This document shows, one piece after another, positions 58,269-64,000 of a stretch of 64,000 nt of DNA. The stretch comes from Bdellovibrionota bacterium (GTDB lineage Bacteria > Bdellovibrionota_C > UBA2361 > JBIKUX01). Numbering within the stretch: position 1 is the stretch's first letter; every line of letters starts with the position of its first letter. A program made the position numbers and the translations under genes. Below the pieces are notes generated by a model. The model was not told where the DNA came from. It did not search any database and worked only from the letters and a program-made list of their open reading frames with translations. Location of the stretch: positions 59,983 through 123,982 of the forward strand of contig JBIKUX010000003.1 in assembly GCA_044347345.1 (NCBI GenBank), in the 5' to 3' direction.

Positions 58269-60107
58269 ATGTATCGGATAAGAAACTTTTTAACTAAGGA
58301 AGAAGTTCATCCTTCCAATCATGTTTATTGTGATGGCGATACTCCTTGGGAAGTTTCCATGGATCTTAATGAAATTCGAACTAAGGTAAACTCAGAATTT
58401 TTTCGTCGTTCTCCGGCGGTAGTATCAAAATATTTTCCTTTTTTGCCAGTAAAAGACTACTCTTCTTTTGTTACATTAAATGAGGGTGGCACGCCTCTAC
58501 TGCGCAGTAAGGTAATTGGACCAAATCTTGGGATCGATCTTTATTTTAAACAAGAGACACAAAATCCAACAGGATCTTTTAAAGACCGAGGATCAGCTGT
58601 TGAGCTAACCGTGGCAAAAGAATTAGGTGTTAGTGCTATTTCTGTAGCCTCCACTGGTAATATGGCGGCCTCTTGTTCGTGCTACGCTGCGGCAGCTGGT
58701 ATGCCATGTTTTGTTTTTGTTCCTGAAGACACTCCTGCTTCAAAGTTGTCTCAATCTATCGCGTTTGGTGGAAAAATTGTTCAAGTGAAAGGTAGTTACG
58801 ATGATGCTGCTAGACTTGCCGAGCAAGTGGCAGTTGAACTTGGATTTTATCTAGCCGGTGATTATGCTTTTAGAGTTGAAGGGCAAAAGACAGCGGCATT
58901 TGAGTTAGTTGATCAGCTTTTTTTTGATCCGCCTGAGCTGATTTTTATACCGATGGGATGTGGCACTAATATAACAGGTTATCAAAAAGGTTTTGATGAG
59001 TATAAAGCACTTGGTTTTATTGACCGGCTTCCTAGACTAATTGGAACTCAAGCAGCTGGAGCTAAGAGTATAGTGGATGCGTATGACAAGAGGGCTCGGG
59101 ATGTAACTCCACTTAAAACATTGAATACTATCGCTTCAGCAATTTCCGTTAAAAAGCCCCTCGATGGAACAAAAGCGCTTGATGCGATTTATCGGTCTGA
59201 AGGAATGGCGCTTGCTGTGACTGACGAGGAAATACTAAGAGCACAGTACGAACTATCTCGAGGAGAGGGAATTTATGTTGAAGCTTCTTGTGCTACAACG
59301 ATTGCTGCACTCAAGAAGTTAGTCGATATTGAAGGGGCACCACGTGGAAGGGTTGTATGTGTGCTCACCGGTGACGGCCTAAAGGATCCGTCCGCAATAC
59401 TCAAAATTGCCCTGAAGCCGCCAACCATTTATCCGGAGGTGCGAGAGTTCCAACGGTTGTATGAAGGCGGCCGTTTTGCGCGAAGTGCGGTTGCTTTTGT
59501 GAAAAGAGAAGAAATTTTATTCTCTTCTTTACCCTCAACTGATGCCATTCAGGAAGTAATTACGAGGTATCTTCCGACTATAAACACTCGAACAACTGAT
59601 GACAGAGAGTCTCAAAAGAACTGTGATAAGCTTTCTTTTGAAGAGTTAACTTCTTTTCAACGAGCGATAGGAAGATTTCTTAAAAAAGGGAAGCATGTTA
59701 GTTTTGCGGATTTGCAAGATATACTGCAAGGAGTGTTTGCTTCCTCTGAAGAAACAATACCGGCGCTAGTTGTTGAAGACTTTGAAGTTCGTACCTCACT
59801 AGATGCTCCTCCGTCAGCTCGTGTTATCGTTCGTATTGGAAACCATATTTTTGAAGCTAGTGATACTGGTGTAGGACCAGTCGACGCAGTAATAAACGCT
59901 CTTCGTAAAGCTTGTGGAAACGCAGTCTCTTTTTCTTTAGATAACTTTAATGTTGCTATTCGCAGTCAAGGTACCGATGCTGTTGTCGTGGTTGAGATGA
60001 AACTTTCACGAGAGGGTAATTTCTCCTCAGCGGTAGGTACTTCCCCCGATGTAATTCAAGCTTCTATAGAAGCATTTCAAGCTGCATATAACGGTCTACC
60101 AAAATAG
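58269..60107 (+). CDS. Threonine synthase-family PLP enzyme (short type) fused to a LeuA/CimA-type allosteric domain
   Basis: N-terminal EGGTPL, NPTGSFKDRG, ASTGN, EGQKT, TGDGLKD; C-terminal GVGPVDAVINAL, GTDA, SPDVIQASIEAF..AYN. Confidence 0.9.
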   Translation: MYRIRNFLTKEEVHPSNHVYCDGDTPWEVSMDLNEIRTKVNSEFFRRSPAVVSKYFPFLPVKDYSSFVTLNEGGTPLLRSKVIGPNLGIDLYFKQETQNPTGSFKDRGSAVELTVAKELGVSAISVASTGNMAASCSCYAAAAGMPCFVFVPEDTPASKLSQSIAFGGKIVQVKGSYDDAARLAEQVAVELGFYLAGDYAFRVEGQKTAAFELVDQLFFDPPELIFIPMGCGTNITGYQKGFDEYKALGFIDRLPRLIGTQAAGAKSIVDAYDKRARDVTPLKTLNTIASAISVKKPLDGTKALDAIYRSEGMALAVTDEEILRAQYELSRGEGIYVEASCATTIAALKKLVDIEGAPRGRVVCVLTGDGLKDPSAILKIALKPPTIYPEVREFQRLYEGGRFARSAVAFVKREEILFSSLPSTDAIQEVITRYLPTINTRTTDDRESQKNCDKLSFEELTSFQRAIGRFLKKGKHVSFADLQDILQGVFASSEETIPALVVEDFEVRTSLDAPPSARVIVRIGNHIFEASDTGVGPVDAVINALRKACGNAVSFSLDNFNVAIRSQGTDAVVVVEMKLSREGNFSSAVGTSPDVIQASIEAFQAAYNGLPK

Positions 60108-60160
60108 GTAACCCCGTAACTAGGTAATTAGAGGTGATAGGACTGTTGGCTACTAGGGTA

Positions 60161-60211
60161 GAGTCGGGTGGATAACTGGATATTTTTGGCCATCCATCCG
60201 GCTTTTTTTTT
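60161..60211 (+). terminator. Probable intrinsic terminator after the ilv operon
   Basis: GTCGGGTGGAT pairs with ATCCATCCGGC (with G:U), followed by a T run. Confidence 0.6.
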
Positions 60212-60297
60212 CTTTTACTCGGTCGTTTAACACACTATCCAAATAGAGTATCTGGTTAAATTATTGAAAAATAGGCTTTAATAAGCGCAGCTAGAAG

Positions 60298-60313
60298 TGG
60301 CGTATCTTTTGCT
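60298..60313 (+). promoter_or_regulatory. Sigma-54 promoter of fliK-flgD-flgE
   Basis: TGGCGTATCTTTTGCT, GG-N10-GC, about 70 bp upstream of fliK. Confidence 0.78.
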
Positions 60314-60380
60314 AATTTTTAGTGTTCGAGAAGGAGTTGTACCTTGATATTAACTTAGCTTCTTTAAGAGACTTTCCGCT

Positions 60381-62240
60381 ATGGAATCTATTGAATCAGG
60401 CTTATCACTTTTTAATCGTAAAATAATTACCACTGATGAAAGAGATTCGATAACTACATCTAATCCGTATTCCACTACAGATACCACATCTGTTTCTGAG
60501 CAATTTTCATCACTTCTGGATAAATTTGAAGCTAAGCCTAAAACAAAATCTCTGCGAAATAGCTCAGGTGGGGCACTACGCCAGTCTATTCAAAATGAAG
60601 TAGTAGAAGTGGCTTCCGCTGTAGAACAAAAGATGCCGAAGTATTTGAGGTCATTCGAAGAATCTCATTCTACAAAGAAAGTTGATTCTTCCTCGCGAAA
60701 TCTGAGTAAACCTAGTCTTAACGAGTCATCTTCGTCAGAGTTACAAGCGATTAAAACTACCAAAGAATCTGTTGATACAGAGGAAGAAGTTATAACTGAG
60801 GCTTCACGAGAAACAGAAATTTTTGAAAATGAGGTTTCTAATGATGAAGGTATCGATGAGAAGAGCTTGGAGAAAAGCGAATGCGAGTTCGTAAAAATTG
60901 AAGAAATATTATTAACACCGGAAAAAATATTTGATCAGGAACAAATTCTGGCTGAGGACGTCAATACGGGAGAAGAAACTCAAATTATAGATAACCACTC
61001 TTTTGGGTATTCTAACTGCACAGAACAGCAAGCAAAGCTATCAGATAACTTAAAACAGCAGGCGCAAAATTCTATAACGGAAGATCTAACTAGCAACCAA
61101 GGAAAATCTCTTAACAATGAATATAACATTATTGATAAAGATATTACTGTTCCTAACGATACCGCTATCCCTGTTAAGGAATCATTGTTTGAAGGCAGTG
61201 AGGTACAAAGTGATGAGGAAACCATTAAGGTTTCCGATTCAGAGCAAATTTTCCCCCAAGACTATGGCTCGGTAAAAGAACTAGTTGAGCCAACTAATAA
61301 ATTAAATTCAGATATTGTATTTAAAGAACAATCAGAGAGTGATAACTCTGATATACTTTTACAACCTCACAAAGAATCACAAATTGATACACTTTCTAAA
61401 ACGGAAACAGGAGAAATTATCCGTAGTGACAGAGATAAAAGTGAATTTGAAGAAGCCAATATTATAAGTGAAAATAAAGCTGTTAACTCTAACTCCACTG
61501 GTGAGCAAATATCTCCTCCTTCAGTAAAATCCGAAATCCATCCAGCAATTTTATCACTTTCAAATAGTGTAATGGGTAGAGCCACTCCGGCTTCGGCTGA
61601 AGAATCTTTATCCAAAAGTTTGCCTCAAGTGGCCTCTCAGTCTCAGCTGGCGCTAAGAGCATCAGGCAGTAGCAGAGGCAGCACTAATAATGCAACCTCT
61701 GCTACTGCCTTGCCGCTTCAACAACAGGGAGAAATGCATCGTAGCTCTGAAGAGAAAAAAGTTCCTAGATTACCCCCGTCCTTACATTCTCGACTTTTAG
61801 AGCAGGTAAAAAAAATGCTTCATGATGTTGAGCAGTTAACAAAAAATGGTAGTAGTCTTTCATTTAGATTAGATCCACCTCAGCTCGGTAATGTTCACGT
61901 TTATATGCGAGTGCACGGTGGCACACTTCATGCTCGTATTTCTCCCGATAACAGTGAGGTGGTTAATTTCTTGAGAGATAAGGGGGGAGAGATTCATGAA
62001 TCTTTAAGAGAAGTTGGGCTGTCATTTGAAGAGATAAAAGTATCATTTGGGGGAACGAACATATCACACGGAGGTGATAATCAATTTCAAGGAAGTAACC
62101 AACAGGAAATGGGGGATAGTTTTTATAATCAGACGAATATTTTATCTCATTTTGGTGACGTGGCTCCATCACAATCAGCAGTTAAGGTTCAGCATTTAAA
62201 CTCTGTTAGAAACGAAGTCAAAGATTATTGGGTAGCATAA
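60381..62240 (+). CDS. fliK: Flagellar hook-length control protein FliK
   Basis: Long S/E-rich disordered region plus C-terminal RLDPPQLGNVHV domain; precedes flgD. Confidence 0.9.
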   Translation: MESIESGLSLFNRKIITTDERDSITTSNPYSTTDTTSVSEQFSSLLDKFEAKPKTKSLRNSSGGALRQSIQNEVVEVASAVEQKMPKYLRSFEESHSTKKVDSSSRNLSKPSLNESSSSELQAIKTTKESVDTEEEVITEASRETEIFENEVSNDEGIDEKSLEKSECEFVKIEEILLTPEKIFDQEQILAEDVNTGEETQIIDNHSFGYSNCTEQQAKLSDNLKQQAQNSITEDLTSNQGKSLNNEYNIIDKDITVPNDTAIPVKESLFEGSEVQSDEETIKVSDSEQIFPQDYGSVKELVEPTNKLNSDIVFKEQSESDNSDILLQPHKESQIDTLSKTETGEIIRSDRDKSEFEEANIISENKAVNSNSTGEQISPPSVKSEIHPAILSLSNSVMGRATPASAEESLSKSLPQVASQSQLALRASGSSRGSTNNATSATALPLQQQGEMHRSSEEKKVPRLPPSLHSRLLEQVKKMLHDVEQLTKNGSSLSFRLDPPQLGNVHVYMRVHGGTLHARISPDNSEVVNFLRDKGGEIHESLREVGLSFEEIKVSFGGTNISHGGDNQFQGSNQQEMGDSFYNQTNILSHFGDVAPSQSAVKVQHLNSVRNEVKDYWVA

Positions 62241-62258
62241 TTAGATTCAACGGTAAAT

Positions 62259-62951
62259 ATGACTGAATCGACTAAAGACGTTCTTTCAAATATCACCTCA
62301 CTTGGAGCTGCATCAGCTAGCAACCGCAGTAAAAAATCAAAAGATCGTGGGCAAATTGGTCAAGATGAATTTCTGACCTTATTAGTACAACAACTAAAGG
62401 CGCAAGATCCGCTCAATCCCATGAACAACGAAGAATTTGCTGTCAACTTGGCACAATTCTCACAGCTTGAGCAACTCATTTCAATAAATGAAAAGTTCGA
62501 TGCTGCCTCTAATTCTTCTGTTTCAAGTTTGGCTGGTCTTCTCGGGCAAGAAGTGACGCTTAGCCGAGAAACAGTTTCATTGAGTGAAGATTCTGCTTCT
62601 GCGCTTAGAGTTAATGCTCCAAGCGGTGCTCAATCATTAACAATTAGTCTCAAAAATAAAGAAGGTGGGGTAGTTGATAGTATCGAAGTGCCGGTGACTC
62701 AATCAGGAGTTCAGCGGATTGATTTGAAAGGCTTAACACGTCTGGAAGGAGAATTTGGGATTGCTGTTTCTGCCAACACCGGAAGCGGCGCTCAAGTGCC
62801 CATTCAAGCATCTGTAGTGGGCACTGTAACCGGCTTTATTCCGGGATCAGAGCCAACTTTAATCTTAGATGGTGGTGAAGAGGTTCAACTAAAAGATATA
62901 AAACGCGTAGATGTACCCATAGATACAAATTCAAATTCGCAACAAAAATAA
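62259..62951 (+). CDS. flgD: Flagellar hook capping protein FlgD
   Basis: FLTLLVQQLKAQDPLNPM...LAQFSQLEQ. Confidence 0.96.
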   Translation: MTESTKDVLSNITSLGAASASNRSKKSKDRGQIGQDEFLTLLVQQLKAQDPLNPMNNEEFAVNLAQFSQLEQLISINEKFDAASNSSVSSLAGLLGQEVTLSRETVSLSEDSASALRVNAPSGAQSLTISLKNKEGGVVDSIEVPVTQSGVQRIDLKGLTRLEGEFGIAVSANTGSGAQVPIQASVVGTVTGFIPGSEPTLILDGGEEVQLKDIKRVDVPIDTNSNSQQK

Positions 62952-63079
62952 GTCGTAAGCTTGGCGAATGGATATTGCCGAGAAATAGTGCCTTTCAGGT
63001 GACGGAAAATCTGAGATGGCAATAAGAATTCTTTGCTAAGAATTCTTTGCGTGTACGAACTCTTAATAGAGGAGACAAG

Positions 63080-64000
63080 GTGGCAAGTATCATTAATGGT
63101 CTTTTTGCGGCTCGTGCAGGAATTGCATCTCATGGAACAGCTATTGGAGTAGTTGGAGATAACATTTCCAACTCTAATACGATAGGATTTAAAGGGAGTC
63201 GTGCTGATTTTTCAGATCTTGTCTCTGGGGGACAACCCTCAGGAAGAGTTGTAGGAATAGGATCACAAATAGCAAATATTGTGGCGAGTCAGCAGCAAGG
63301 GACTCTAGAATTCACAGGCAGAAATTTGGATTTAGCAGTTGATGGTCGAGGGCACTTTGTAGTCGCTGATGGTCCTCAACGATTTTTCTCAAGAGCTGGA
63401 AATTTTAAGTTAGATGACTCTGGTTTTATTGTTACCAATGAAAATATGGCAGTTCTCGGTTTTCCAGAAGGTGGAACTGGAGCTCTTGAGCCGATAAATG
63501 TAAATAGTCTACAGCAACAAACTAATATAGAGACTCGTAATATTAATCTTTCAGGAAATATTAATTCAAATAGTACTCCTGTCACATTACCAGCTACGCC
63601 TTCTACTGCGGGAGTTGTTCCGGCTGTAGAGAATGTAACATTTGCCCAACTTGCTCAGCAAGCTAGCTTTTCTACTGTTGTGCAAACTTTTGATACACTT
63701 GGTAGTGCACACAACGTATCTTTATATTTTTATAAGAATGCTGCGCCTGGGTCTTGGACAGTATGGGCTGTAACTAATAGTTCTGATGTTGATCCTACAG
63801 GCACAAGACAGGGATATCCGAGGCTACTCGGTACCCAAACAGTTACTTTTGGCACAAACGGCCAAAAAACATTGCCTGCGGCTGGAACACCAGATATAAC
63901 CTTTACATCGCCTTGGAACAATAATTCAAATCCAGCTATTCCGGTGACATTAAGCTTTAATCCTTTTACCCAATACGCTGCTTCTTCAAATATTTTGATG
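63080..64000 (+). CDS. flgE: Flagellar hook protein FlgE (runs off window; absent from the ORF track)
   Basis: GAGGAG RBS then GTG 63080: ..VVGDNISNSNTIGFKGSRADFSDL, QGTLEFTGRNLDLAVDGRGHF, FSRAGNFKLD, FDTLGSAH. Confidence 0.95.
   Translation, partial: MASIINGLFAARAGIASHGTAIGVVGDNISNSNTIGFKGSRADFSDLVSGGQPSGRVVGIGSQIANIVASQQQGTLEFTGRNLDLAVDGRGHFVVADGPQRFFSRAGNFKLDDSGFIVTNENMAVLGFPEGGTGALEPINVNSLQQQTNIETRNINLSGNINSNSTPVTLPATPSTAGVVPAVENVTFAQLAQQASFSTVVQTFDTLGSAHNVSLYFYKNAAPGSWTVWAVTNSSDVDPTGTRQGYPRLLGTQTVTFGTNGQKTLPAAGTPDITFTSPWNNNSNPAIPVTLSFNPFTQYAASSNILM

Noticed and set aside
62962-63036. Sigma-54-like TGGC...TTGC sites upstream of flgE
   Set aside because: GG-to-GC spacing is 12 and 15 nt rather than the required 10
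3949-63921. Numerous short antisense or nested ORFs in the track (e.g. 3949-4332, 21317-21796, 50388-50888, 63376-63585)
   Set aside because: They overlap well-supported genes on the other strand or frame and show no recognisable motifs

Overview
AT-rich bacterial chromosome segment whose flagellar gene order and sigma-54 promoters look deltaproteobacterial/Bdellovibrionota-like (inference). From left to right it holds: the broken 3' end of a flagellin gene; a large flagellar cluster (motA, two divergent motB-like genes, fliLMNPQR, flhBAFG, fliA, a CheY-like receiver); a RAYT-type HUH transposase bracketed by an inverted GAC(A)[C/T]CCA motif, with a separate cluster of that motif about 2.7 kb away; crtI-like and MBL genes; an argS-thrA-thrB-thrC-nfo operon; a decayed island of four pseudogenes; two orphan ORFs; a sigma-54-driven polysaccharide cluster containing a flippase-GT4 fusion; a DUF3015-DUF4105-hydrolase trio; an orphan RuvC-like gene; pdhAB; a divergent branched-chain amino-acid locus; and fliK-flgD-flgE running off the right edge. 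Most notable: (1) a second threonine-synthase-family enzyme fused to a LeuA/CimA-type allosteric domain directly behind ilvBN, in a window where the ThrA aspartokinase motifs are degenerate; (2) the RAYT with non-palindromic inverted end motifs and a non-autonomous motif cluster; (3) several broken genes missed or split by the ORF track. All calls are from motif recognition by eye; no database searches were run.
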